Shown here piece after piece: positions 9,128-17,876 of a DNA stretch of 64,000 bases (the stretch's first letter is position 1; each line of letters opens with the position of its first letter). The translations under genes and the position numbers were made by a program. Location of the stretch: the IMG/VR virus record IMGVR_UViG_3300042923_000502, positions 106,563 to 170,562 of that record; one strand, written 5' to 3'. The notes below the pieces were generated by a model, which worked only from the letters and a program-made list of their open reading frames with translations, was not told the DNA's origin and made no database searches. The DNA is from a virus.

Positions 9128-9390
9128 TGATAAATGAAAAAATGATTGAAAAAGTAACCAGAGAATTCCTTCGAAAAAATTTTAAAATCCAGAAAGACTA
9201 TGAGTGGGGAGAAGATGGATGTTATACAACTTTATTTGATTCAGAAGGGAGCGAAATATTTAGCGGCGACTACTATCATGACCACATTGATGACATGATA
9301 AGAGGATTCTTTCTTGCATTAGATTACTTGGATATTGAATACGAAGTAGAGAAAATTAACATCAACGAAGAAAGAGATGAAGATGAATGA
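9124..9390 (+). CDS. Small acidic hypothetical protein
   Basis: ORF with ATGA overlaps on both sides. Confidence 0.75.
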   Translation: MMINEKMIEKVTREFLRKNFKIQKDYEWGEDGCYTTLFDSEGSEIFSGDYYHDHIDDMIRGFFLALDYLDIEYEVEKININEERDEDE

Positions 9391-10271
9391 GTAAGTATGA
9401 TCTAATATATGCACAACAAGTACAAGAAATAATTGATAATGGAATATATGATACGGATCAAGTCGTAAGAACTAAATGGGCTGATGGAACTCCAGCTCAT
9501 ACAAAAGGGATTATCTCTCATAAGATTGTATTAAATGAACATGAAGATGAAGTACCACTTCTTACAACAAAAAGAGTAGCATGGAAGATGGCAATCCATG
9601 AATTGTTGTGGTTCTATGTTAAACGTACAAGTGATGTAACTTATTTGCGTGAAAACAATGTTAAGATTTGGGAAGAGTGGACACGTGAAGACAATACAAT
9701 AGGTAAAGCATATGGATACCAATTAGGCAAAGAGCTTCAAATTGGAGAAACAGTAGAACAACTTGATATTAGTGCAAAGATAACTGTTCCTGTGTTTGGT
9801 AGCAATCAAGTGCACAAACTTATTGAAGGTATCAAGAGTGATCCAGCATCACGAAGACACATTATTTCATTATGGAATATTGATGATGCATGGGACATGA
9901 GCTTGCAACCTTGTGTATGGCACAATCAATGGCTTGTCAAGCAAGGTAAATTGCATTTGATTGTTGGCATAAGATCAAATGATGTTGCCCTTGGTCAACC
10001 TTTCAATGTGTTTCAATACTATGTACTTCAACGTATGATTGCACAAGTTACAGGATACGAAATGGGATCATTGACATTCAATGTGAATGATTGCCACATA
10101 TATTCAAAGCATATTGAACCATTGCAAGAACAAATTAATAGAGAGCCATTTAAAGCTCCTGTATTGTGGATAAATCCAACAATTAAGAACTTTGATGACT
10201 TTACTATCAATGATTTTATTCTTGATGGATATGAATATCATCCTAGTATCCGCATGGAGGTTGCTATATAA
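9387..10271 (+). CDS. thyA: Thymidylate synthase
   Basis: PLLTTK, ELLWF, IWEEW, SRRH, LQPC, RSND..PFN, HIY. Confidence 0.97.
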   Translation: MSKYDLIYAQQVQEIIDNGIYDTDQVVRTKWADGTPAHTKGIISHKIVLNEHEDEVPLLTTKRVAWKMAIHELLWFYVKRTSDVTYLRENNVKIWEEWTREDNTIGKAYGYQLGKELQIGETVEQLDISAKITVPVFGSNQVHKLIEGIKSDPASRRHIISLWNIDDAWDMSLQPCVWHNQWLVKQGKLHLIVGIRSNDVALGQPFNVFQYYVLQRMIAQVTGYEMGSLTFNVNDCHIYSKHIEPLQEQINREPFKAPVLWINPTIKNFDDFTINDFILDGYEYHPSIRMEVAI

Positions 10272-10777
10272 TGCTTAATTTAATTGTAGCCTATGAAATT
10301 GACAAAAGGGGAATTGGAATCAACAATTCCCTTCCTTGGCACTTGCCAAGCGATTTAAAACGCTTCAAAGAACTTACCGAAGGTCATGCTGTACTAATGG
10401 GAAGTAAGACGTATGAAAGCATTGGCAAAGCATTGCCGAATAGAGAAAACATCATCTTGACACGCAATAGAGGTTATCGTGCGGATAATTGTTATATCAT
10501 CAACTACTTGGCACAATTAGATGTCTACATGTCAATGAATCCTGATAAAGATGTATTTGTAATAGGTGGAAGTGAGATTTACTCATTAATGCTTCCATAT
10601 GTAGATAGGATGTATATTACAATGATAGACAATAAGTTTCATTGTGACTCATTCTTTAAGATAGGCGACGAAAAAGAATGGGAGAATTGGAATGTAACAA
10701 GTGCAACAAGACATTACCATGAAGGAGATCAGTGTCCTTACACATTCGTTGTATATGATAGGATTCTGAAACCTTGA
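10271..10777 (+). CDS. dfrA: Dihydrofolate reductase
   Basis: IG.NNSLPWHLPSDLKRF, MGSKTYES, LPNR, VIGG. Confidence 0.96.
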   Translation: MLNLIVAYEIDKRGIGINNSLPWHLPSDLKRFKELTEGHAVLMGSKTYESIGKALPNRENIILTRNRGYRADNCYIINYLAQLDVYMSMNPDKDVFVIGGSEIYSLMLPYVDRMYITMIDNKFHCDSFFKIGDEKEWENWNVTSATRHYHEGDQCPYTFVVYDRILKP

Positions 10778-10802
10778 CAAATGACAGATAAAATAGTATA
10801 AT
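10774..10802 (+). promoter_or_regulatory. sigmaA promoter overlapping the repeated motif
   Basis: TTGACA-17-TATAAT; CAAATGACAGATAAAAT at 10778-10794. Confidence 0.85.
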
Positions 10803-10838
10803 ATAGGTATAATCCTATATAAACATAGGAGGTGTAAT

Positions 10839-11033
10839 ATCATAATAATCATAACGTGTATTTTAGTATATTTGCTGATAGGAATAATTATATCATTTAA
10901 TGTTTTAGGATTCCCATATTCACTAGGAATGCTTGGAGAATTCATAGTGCATAGCATATTCTGGATTTTTATATACATTCCATGGGGAGACTTGTTTGAA
11001 GCTATATTAGATACTATTGATATTTTTGATTAA
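10839..11033 (+). CDS. Putative 64-aa membrane protein with a non-canonical (ATC/ATA) start
   Basis: aggaggtg RBS behind a promoter; open hydrophobic frame IIIITCILVYLLIG...; no in-frame ATG/GTG/TTG at the RBS. Confidence 0.5.
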   Translation: MIIIITCILVYLLIGIIISFNVLGFPYSLGMLGEFIVHSIFWIFIYIPWGDLFEAILDTIDIFD

Positions 11034-11068
11034 TTACACCATATATCTAAAAATGTGGTGGTGATAAA

Positions 11069-11584
11069 ATGCATAGTTACTGGGAAAGTTCTGTAAAAGG
11101 TCATTTAGAAAGAGAAAAGAAAAAGCATCAAGAGAGATTAAACAATAAGACAAACCATCCAAAAATAGAGGTGAAAACTATGGAGAAAAAAGTTAACAAG
11201 TATGATATTGGCGACATTGTTATCGTTAATGGTTATGATGGAAAATATAAAGTTGTAGAGTGGTTTTATGAAATGTCATATAGTGCTGAAGAGGGTAAAA
11301 TTGAAAATACTTATTACAATTTAGATGAAGTTGGAGGAAAGAAAAGATTTTTAGATGTAATGTATGAACATGAATTAGCACCTTCCAATGCTCCGATAAT
11401 CATAGAAGATAAACAATCATTTGCCCTTAAAGATAGAAATTCTCTTACTTCTGACGATATCAATAATCTTTTAGATGAATACAATAAGTTTATTGAGCTT
11501 CATAGTTTTATTACATCAAATGGAATAGTTGACAATTATTACAAAGAAAGAGCCGAAGGAATATTAAAATTTCTGTCAAAATAA
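11069..11584 (+). CDS. Hypothetical protein (SH3-like GDIV motif, helical C-terminus)
   Basis: ORF; alternative start at 11180 with gaggtg RBS. Confidence 0.75.
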   Translation: MHSYWESSVKGHLEREKKKHQERLNNKTNHPKIEVKTMEKKVNKYDIGDIVIVNGYDGKYKVVEWFYEMSYSAEEGKIENTYYNLDEVGGKKRFLDVMYEHELAPSNAPIIIEDKQSFALKDRNSLTSDDINNLLDEYNKFIELHSFITSNGIVDNYYKERAEGILKFLSK

Positions 11585-11596
11585 CATATTTACCGT

Positions 11597-11630
11597 AACC
11601 CTACCTATATAATATAAGGTAGGGTTTTTT
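11597..11630 (+). terminator. Rho-independent terminator
   Basis: aaccctacct..aggtagggtt followed by a T-tract. Confidence 0.8.
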
Positions 11631-11711
11631 GTTGTTGACAAGTGAATGATAATGTGATAAGATTCCAATATAACCCAAGAGAGACGGGTAAATGAGGTTG
11701 AAAAATACCTC

Positions 11712-11741
11712 TTGACAAATTATGCAAATGTAAGATAAAAT
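11712..11741 (+). promoter_or_regulatory. Promoter with the repeated motif over the -10
   Basis: TTGACA-18-TAAAAT; CAAATGTAAGATAAAAT at 11725-11741. Confidence 0.7.
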
Positions 11742-11768
11742 GAAACTACATTGAGAAGGAGGAATAAT

Positions 11769-12446
11769 ATGGTTGAGAGTAGAGAGCTATTGCTTGAACA
11801 ACAATTGTCCGTATTGGGATTCAATGACGCTTTACGTGCGCTTGATCTAATGCGCAAAGAGATGTGTGCCGAAAAAGGATTTACACGCCACAATGGAGAA
11901 CATTATTACTATCATTTAGTAGATGTGACTCAAGACCTTATCAATCATGGAGTACGATACGAACCATGTATTGTTGCGGCGTTGCTTCATGATTATATGG
12001 AAGATGTTGCAGGTGTTACTTTTAGAATGATTGAAACATTGTTTGGCACAGAAGTAGCCCAATACGTTTATCTTCTTAGTAAGAATCCCGAAATTGATTA
12101 TCACAATAAAGAAAATATGATAGGATACCTTCAAGATATTGGAGACTATCTTTGGACAGCATTAATCAAAACATCCGATAGAAAGCATAACTTTTCACAA
12201 CTCAAGGATGCTTCATTTGAAAAGCGTATGAAGCAAGCAATTGAAACGGAGACATATTTCATTCCGGCATTCAAGGAATGGCGTAACAAGTTTCCGCGAT
12301 ATGCACCTTATTTCTTTGGAGCAAAGACATCTATTGAACCTCACTTGTGGGCTATCAAAGAATATCATGCCGAAATTGAGAGACTTCAAGACAAGATATT
12401 TCACCTTGGAAGGAAGATCGAAGATTACCATTGTGATGTTTGCTAA
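11769..12446 (+). CDS. HD-domain small alarmone hydrolase (RelA/SpoT hydrolase, Mesh1-like)
   Basis: R..G..Y..H, AALLHDYMED, FG.EVA..V..LS, IK.SDRKHN. Confidence 0.85.
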   Translation: MVESRELLLEQQLSVLGFNDALRALDLMRKEMCAEKGFTRHNGEHYYYHLVDVTQDLINHGVRYEPCIVAALLHDYMEDVAGVTFRMIETLFGTEVAQYVYLLSKNPEIDYHNKENMIGYLQDIGDYLWTALIKTSDRKHNFSQLKDASFEKRMKQAIETETYFIPAFKEWRNKFPRYAPYFFGAKTSIEPHLWAIKEYHAEIERLQDKIFHLGRKIEDYHCDVC

Positions 12447-12460
12447 AATAAAATTGGAGG

Positions 12461-12823
12461 ATGATAACAATGATTAGAAACATTATTAACTTTTTTGTAA
12501 TTGCGGCTTTGTTCTTCTTGGGAAACAAGTATTATCCTGAGTATATTTATGCTCAAGATACAAAGACATTGATTATTGCAACCATTACAATGTTCGTGAT
12601 AGGAATTGTCGCTGGATTACTTGTTATTGCATTGTTTATTGCTTTACCACCCATCGGATGTCTTTCGGTTATTGCATTAATCTTCATTGTTCCAATTCAA
12701 TTAGCACTTACTTCTTACTATATTGACGGATTTGAAGTCAATGGATTTTGGACATATGTATTTTTATGGTTTGTAATCTCAATTTGTACTGTGAGAGTAA
12801 AAGTGAATACGGAAAATAAGTAG
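12461..12823 (+). CDS. 4-TM membrane protein (YvlD / holin-4-like)
   Basis: Four hydrophobic segments and GFEVNGFW motif. Confidence 0.7.
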   Translation: MITMIRNIINFFVIAALFFLGNKYYPEYIYAQDTKTLIIATITMFVIGIVAGLLVIALFIALPPIGCLSVIALIFIVPIQLALTSYYIDGFEVNGFWTYVFLWFVISICTVRVKVNTENK

Positions 12824-12852
12824 TTGACAAACTTACAAATGTAAGATAAAAT
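12824..12852 (+). promoter_or_regulatory. Promoter with the repeated motif over the -10
   Basis: TTGACA-17-TAAAAT; motif at 12836-12852. Confidence 0.75.
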
Positions 12853-12905
12853 AAAAAGGTAAGGCTAAGTCATTAAACTAAACTATTAAAAGGTGGAACT
12901 TCAAA

Positions 12906-13379
12906 ATGACAAACGTATCTACTAAAAAACATGTAAAGCACACAAATGCAGTAAATCAAGATGAAAGCATCTTTCAAATGTTTGATGCAGGAATTGATGA
13001 TGAAGTTATTGCTCAGTCATGGAATTTAGCAATTGGATACATTAAAAATGGATACAAATCAAAGTGGAGAAAAGCTAGAGGTAAAGCTAGAAAATCTCCG
13101 GTTCGTGGAGCTATTCGGAATATTGTAAAGACTGAAAAAGAGATTGTTAAGATTGAGCACAAATTATTTGATCTCGAAAAACTGGAGAAAATGAAGGGAA
13201 ATTCAAGAACATTGTTTGTTGTAATTGGTGGGGAAAATGGACAAAAATATCCTGTAAATAGTATCACTACCAATGAAGTAGAGATTTGGGATACTGGCAA
13301 AGATGAATTGTTTGTTCTTACAAAAATCTCTGCAAAGGAGTTTCAAGAAGGAGAGTATTATTTCTCGAAAAAGCAATAA
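12906..13379 (+). CDS. Hypothetical protein, possible N-terminal HTH and basic patch
   Basis: IFQMFDAG..DEVIAQSW.L..GYI then KSKWRKARGKARK. Confidence 0.75.
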   Translation: MTNVSTKKHVKHTNAVNQDESIFQMFDAGIDDEVIAQSWNLAIGYIKNGYKSKWRKARGKARKSPVRGAIRNIVKTEKEIVKIEHKLFDLEKLEKMKGNSRTLFVVIGGENGQKYPVNSITTNEVEIWDTGKDELFVLTKISAKEFQEGEYYFSKKQ

Positions 13380-13423
13380 CAAATGTAAGATAAAATAAAA
13401 GAACATAAGAGAGGATGTTTTAA

Positions 13424-14842
13424 GTGTTGCAAGATATCTTTAGAAACCCCGTAGATATGACGGATTGTTACAACCTTTCCCATCCAGAACTTAAAGAGAA
13501 TTTGGATTGGGAAGTGTCTCATATGTACAATCGTGATGACTCTCAAGGATATGGCGGTATGTATCTTTATGGGCTCTCCGAAATTGTTAACCGTATTCTG
13601 TCTATCAAAATTGAAAAATGGATGATTGATGAAGCAAGCGACAATGCAAAAAGTATGGGTCTTTGGTTCCCATATAAAATGTGGATGCGTGTAGTCAAAG
13701 AATGTAATGGATATGTTCCACTTCATGTTGAAAGTGTGCCAGAAGGAACTTGGTGTCCTAATGGAACTCCTTTTGCACAAATCTCTAACACTGTAGAAGG
13801 ATTCGGAGACTTTGTAACATGGTATGAAGGTGTATTCATGATGGCTTACTTTGCTTCTGCTTGTCTTACCGAAGCAATGAAAATGCGTGAATATATCGTT
13901 TATCGTAAAAATCAATTCGGTTATGATGATTCCTTCATGTGGAGATTTCACGACTTTGGATTCCGTTCCCATCGTTCTCCAGAAGATTCCTATTGGGCTT
14001 CTACCGCATGGAACATGGCATTGCAAGGTACGGACACATTCCATAGTAAGAAGCACACTCCAAAGGCTAACGTTGGAAGTATTCCAGCTCAAGCTCATAA
14101 GGTAACTCAACAATTTGACAGAGAGTTTGACAGCTTCAAGAGAGCTATTGACAAAGCTCATGAACATGGTGGACACACCGTATCTCTCTTGATCGACACT
14201 TATGATTCTAATCGCTTCATTAGAGAGTACCTATTGCCACTCGCAATCTATGCATTCGATAAAGGTCTTAAAATTAGTTGTCGTCCAGATAGTGGTCAGA
14301 CATGGGAACAAGCAGTAGATATTTACAAGATTGTTAAGAAAAACAATTTGACGAATGTATCCGTTCTTATTGGTGAGAATATGAGCTTTACCAATGCTAA
14401 GAAGTGTGATGAATACATGCTTGAGAATGGCGTTCCACTTAACTTTATTCTTTATGGTATTGGTGGTGGATTCCATAAACACATTGATCGTGATACACAT
14501 GGATGGGCTATGAAAACGGCTTTCTCCAATGGTAAGCCACGCATGAAATTTTCCATGGTTCCACTCAAGCGCAGTATCCCAGGTGAAGTCGATCTTGTAA
14601 GAAGAGGAAAAGACTTGTTTGTTATTCCAAGTTCGGAAAATGATAATTACGATGAAGATATTTTCAGAACGGTTTACTTCTTTGATCCAGTTGAACTAAA
14701 TGAACCAGATATTTACGTTGCGGATTGGAATGAAACAAGAGAACGTGCATTGATTCAAGATACTTCTCAAACACGCATCTATCTTTCGGATGAAATTGTC
14801 AAATTGGTTGATGAATTTGAAAAAATTTATAGAAAGGGGTAA
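13424..14842 (+). CDS. nadV: Nicotinamide phosphoribosyltransferase
   Basis: TDCYNLSH, HDFGFR, GTDT, SIPAQAH, DTYD, RPDSG, GIGGG, RDT..WAMK. Confidence 0.92.
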   Translation: MLQDIFRNPVDMTDCYNLSHPELKENLDWEVSHMYNRDDSQGYGGMYLYGLSEIVNRILSIKIEKWMIDEASDNAKSMGLWFPYKMWMRVVKECNGYVPLHVESVPEGTWCPNGTPFAQISNTVEGFGDFVTWYEGVFMMAYFASACLTEAMKMREYIVYRKNQFGYDDSFMWRFHDFGFRSHRSPEDSYWASTAWNMALQGTDTFHSKKHTPKANVGSIPAQAHKVTQQFDREFDSFKRAIDKAHEHGGHTVSLLIDTYDSNRFIREYLLPLAIYAFDKGLKISCRPDSGQTWEQAVDIYKIVKKNNLTNVSVLIGENMSFTNAKKCDEYMLENGVPLNFILYGIGGGFHKHIDRDTHGWAMKTAFSNGKPRMKFSMVPLKRSIPGEVDLVRRGKDLFVIPSSENDNYDEDIFRTVYFFDPVELNEPDIYVADWNETRERALIQDTSQTRIYLSDEIVKLVDEFEKIYRKG

Positions 14843-14847
14843 TAATT

Positions 14848-15498
14848 ATGGATCAATTCGGAATTATTGGCACAGCAAAAGATACTGCTTCAATTGCTAA
14901 CATGCCACTTATTACTCCTAACAATAAACTCAAGCCTTTCAAGCTTGGGTTTATGTTGGGAAGGTTTCAGCATATTCATTTGGGACATGAAATGCTTATT
15001 CGTAAAGCAGCAAGTGTGTGTGACACGTTGATTGTTCTTGTAGGATCAGAACAAGCAAAAGGAACATTGAGAAATCCGTTTGATATTAATGTAAGGCTTG
15101 GACTTATTAGAAAGGTATTTAAAGATGACAAAAACATTATCATATCATCTATTTCCGATTTGACTCATGAAGATGATCATAGTCAAGAGTGGTCTATTTT
15201 CTTGCTAAATAGATTAATGGAAGTTATTGATCACAATAAGATTAAGCAAAATCCTGACTTGTTTATTTACGGAGATGACGAAGAGAGAGCGTCTTGGTTT
15301 AAAGATGAAAATAACTTCTCAAAACTTATCATTACAAGAGAAACTATTGACATTAGCGCAACACGGCTTAGAGAGTATATCGTAAAGAATAATCGCTTCA
15401 AGTGGAGACAATATGTTAATCCACTCATTTATGACGACTTTGATCTATTGAGAAAGAAATTGCTTGAAATCGAAGAATATAAGGAGATGGCAAACTAA
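14848..15498 (+). CDS. nadM: NMN adenylyltransferase (NadM-like)
   Basis: GRFQHIHLGH (HxGH), VGS, RNPF...R, ISATRLR. Confidence 0.88.
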   Translation: MDQFGIIGTAKDTASIANMPLITPNNKLKPFKLGFMLGRFQHIHLGHEMLIRKAASVCDTLIVLVGSEQAKGTLRNPFDINVRLGLIRKVFKDDKNIIISSISDLTHEDDHSQEWSIFLLNRLMEVIDHNKIKQNPDLFIYGDDEERASWFKDENNFSKLIITRETIDISATRLREYIVKNNRFKWRQYVNPLIYDDFDLLRKKLLEIEEYKEMAN

Positions 15499-16046
15499 TG
15501 ACAACAATTGTAGACAAGGATATTAAATATTCAGGTCGAATCTTTGAGGTCGAACAACGTAAAATTTTTCATGAAGGGCAGACGATTTATCGTGACGTTG
15601 TTACAAAGAACGATGTTGTAGTATGTCTTGTTCACAATGAGGATAAAGACACGGTTGTATTGACATCGGAATATCGCGCAGGAACAAATCAAATTGAAGT
15701 TGGATTTGTTGCTGGAATTGTTGATGAAGGAGAATATCCTCACGCCGCAGCAATTAGAGAGGTTAATGAGGAAACAGGATATATCGTGTCATCTATTAGC
15801 TTTTTGGGAACAACGAATTCTTCCGCAGGATTTACGAATGAAAAAGTTCATCATTTTATTGTTTTTGTACATGGAGAACCAGGAAGTCAAGATTTGGATC
15901 ATGACGAGAATATTGATTTGCTTGAAATACCTTCACATGATCTTGAAGAGCTGATTTTAAATGGTACAATCAAGGGAAATCATGCTCATGCAACACTTCT
16001 TAAAGCTATATTGTGCGGAGTAAAACTTAATAGAGAAGAGGGTTGA
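15498..16046 (+). CDS. Nudix hydrolase, ADP-ribose pyrophosphatase-like
   Basis: Nudix box GIVDEGE..AAAIREVNEETG; YSGRIF; GFTNE; LDHDE. Confidence 0.88.
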   Translation: MTTIVDKDIKYSGRIFEVEQRKIFHEGQTIYRDVVTKNDVVVCLVHNEDKDTVVLTSEYRAGTNQIEVGFVAGIVDEGEYPHAAAIREVNEETGYIVSSISFLGTTNSSAGFTNEKVHHFIVFVHGEPGSQDLDHDENIDLLEIPSHDLEELILNGTIKGNHAHATLLKAILCGVKLNREEG

Positions 16047-16047
16047 T

Positions 16048-16254
16048 ATGTCAACTATTTACATTGACATTGAAGAAATTGTGAATGATCTTCAACAACA
16101 AGTGTTTGACAAGCATGGAATAAGAACAGATGTTCATATTAAAGAAGGTGTAGGAATACTTGTTACACCTGAGAATGCACCTCTTGTTCATCGAAATGTT
16201 GTTCTTGCCATTCCTTGGCACGTACTGATGTTTGGCAATATAACTATAAATTAA
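16048..16254 (+). CDS. Small hypothetical protein
   Basis: ORF with RBS, operon-packed. Confidence 0.65.
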   Translation: MSTIYIDIEEIVNDLQQQVFDKHGIRTDVHIKEGVGILVTPENAPLVHRNVVLAIPWHVLMFGNITIN

Positions 16255-16267
16255 AAGGAGAATGTAA

Positions 16268-16588
16268 ATGAAAGAATGGTGGTTTTACGCAACAGTTATG
16301 TCATTGCCTTGGTGGGCAACAATTTTATGGGTAGTATATTTGATCTACTTCATCTATCGTGCATGTAAGATATGGGAATGGACAAATGATTATGGAATTG
16401 TTAAGGGGTATAGATACGTATTTCTTGGATACAAAGGAAAGGTTTTACGTCTATATCATTTGTTGATAATGATCTTTGACATTCCTCCAGCAATTCTAGG
16501 ATTGTTCTTCCCAGTTATTAAGAAAGTATTCTCTTTCAAAATTTACGAATTTAAAGATAATAAAAAGGAGGACAAAGACAATGCTTGA
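16268..16588 (+). CDS. Membrane protein
   Basis: Two hydrophobic segments; aaggag RBS. Confidence 0.75.
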   Translation: MKEWWFYATVMSLPWWATILWVVYLIYFIYRACKIWEWTNDYGIVKGYRYVFLGYKGKVLRLYHLLIMIFDIPPAILGLFFPVIKKVFSFKIYEFKDNKKEDKDNA

Positions 16589-16769
16589 TTGGTTTAATAA
16601 TTTAAATATTTTCATTAGAGTATTAATAGCGGTTTTTGCCTTGATCATTGCATATTTTGTAGTTGTGTTTTTGATCAAAGTACTGATTAACGTACTTATT
16701 GTAGTCATTGTAATTGCAGTTTTAGCAATTATCGGGTTGGCAATTTATAAATTATTAAAGAGTTTATAA
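16581..16769 (+). CDS. Small 2-TM membrane protein
   Basis: Almost wholly hydrophobic; aggagg RBS. Confidence 0.75.
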   Translation: MLDWFNNLNIFIRVLIAVFALIIAYFVVVFLIKVLINVLIVVIVIAVLAIIGLAIYKLLKSL

Positions 16770-16820
16770 GTAAAAGATAAAATAAAATATCTTGACAAAT
16801 CTTAGGTGTTCTGATATAAT
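16767..16820 (+). promoter_or_regulatory. sigmaA promoter with a motif copy upstream of the -35
   Basis: TAAGTAAAAGATAAAAT at 16767-16783; TTGACA(16792)-17-TATAAT(16815). Confidence 0.8.
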
Positions 16821-16859
16821 GTCAGTACACCTAATTTTTTCTAAGAGGAGAAGATTAAT

Positions 16860-17021
16860 ATGGAAGAAGTTAAATATGATAAGTGTCCGTATTGTGGGAG
16901 CGAAGAAACAGAAATATATGTGGATCGCATTTGTACTCTTAGATATATAGAAATGAAGTGCAACGATTGTAAGAGACACTATATATGTCATTTTAAAAAA
17001 GTTATAGTAAGAATAAAATAA
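16860..17021 (+). CDS. 53-aa zinc-ribbon protein (not in the ORF track)
   Basis: MEEVKYDKCPYCGS...MKCNDC; gaggag RBS; directly after a promoter. Confidence 0.7.
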   Translation: MEEVKYDKCPYCGSEETEIYVDRICTLRYIEMKCNDCKRHYICHFKKVIVRIK

Positions 17022-17129
17022 AGACAATTCAAGATGTCAACTTGAAAGCTATCAACTACTTACTTTAGAAGTTGAATAGCCAAGAGACAAATATAAATTA
17101 AAGGAAGTGAATCACAATATTAAAGGAGA

Positions 17130-17876
17130 ATGAAAATGATCAAAAGAAATAGTGTAAGAACAGAGGATATTTGTTTCGAATATCTAAAAGAAAATGCTAC
17201 GGTCAAAAGTGTATCAGAGATTTTTGGAATGCATTACGATTCAGTTAGAAAAAGGCTTGTCAAGAGTGAGAACAAAGATGTGTTGAGTAAAATGAAGTAT
17301 AATTCAACTAAATCTATAAAAAAGAATCCCTCTAAAATAATTGAAATTAACGAGAATTCTTTTGGTATAGTTCCAAACAATAATAGCAAATCAATTCATA
17401 CATTCCCTATTCGATTAAAATCTATAATGGAAAATATAGGTTGGTCGGAAGACAAATTTGGTTATTTATGTGGGAATATTGGTGGAAAGAAAATGAAAGG
17501 ATATCTTTTGGTTGTTGGCTCTCCAATACATGATAATTACGAAATAGACCATATAAATAATGATATTACCAATAACCTTGAAAATAATTTGAGAATCATC
17601 ACTAGAGAACTAAATCTTCAAAATAAGCAAGTACCAAAAAATAATACATCAGGATTTAAAGGTGTAACTTACAACAAAAGAAAGAAAAAATGGGTTGCAA
17701 CTATTAATATTAGCAAAACAAACTTTTTTCTAGGTTTATTTGATAATAAGGAGGATGCCGCATGGACTAGACTTGATTTCAAATATAATTTATTCGGATT
17801 TGAATTCATGTCAAATATAGAATCATCTCAATACGTTAAATTATTAAATGAAAGGAATGGTGTTCATGAGGTATAA
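17130..17876 (+). CDS. HNH-AP2 homing endonuclease
   Basis: IDHINNDITNNLENNLR then NNTSGFKGV..KWVATI..LGLF. Confidence 0.88.
   Translation: MKMIKRNSVRTEDICFEYLKENATVKSVSEIFGMHYDSVRKRLVKSENKDVLSKMKYNSTKSIKKNPSKIIEINENSFGIVPNNNSKSIHTFPIRLKSIMENIGWSEDKFGYLCGNIGGKKMKGYLLVVGSPIHDNYEIDHINNDITNNLENNLRIITRELNLQNKQVPKNNTSGFKGVTYNKRKKKWVATINISKTNFFLGLFDNKEDAAWTRLDFKYNLFGFEFMSNIESSQYVKLLNERNGVHEV

Noticed and set aside
13358-14176. 272-aa antisense ORF
   Set aside because: Shadow of nadV with no recognisable motifs
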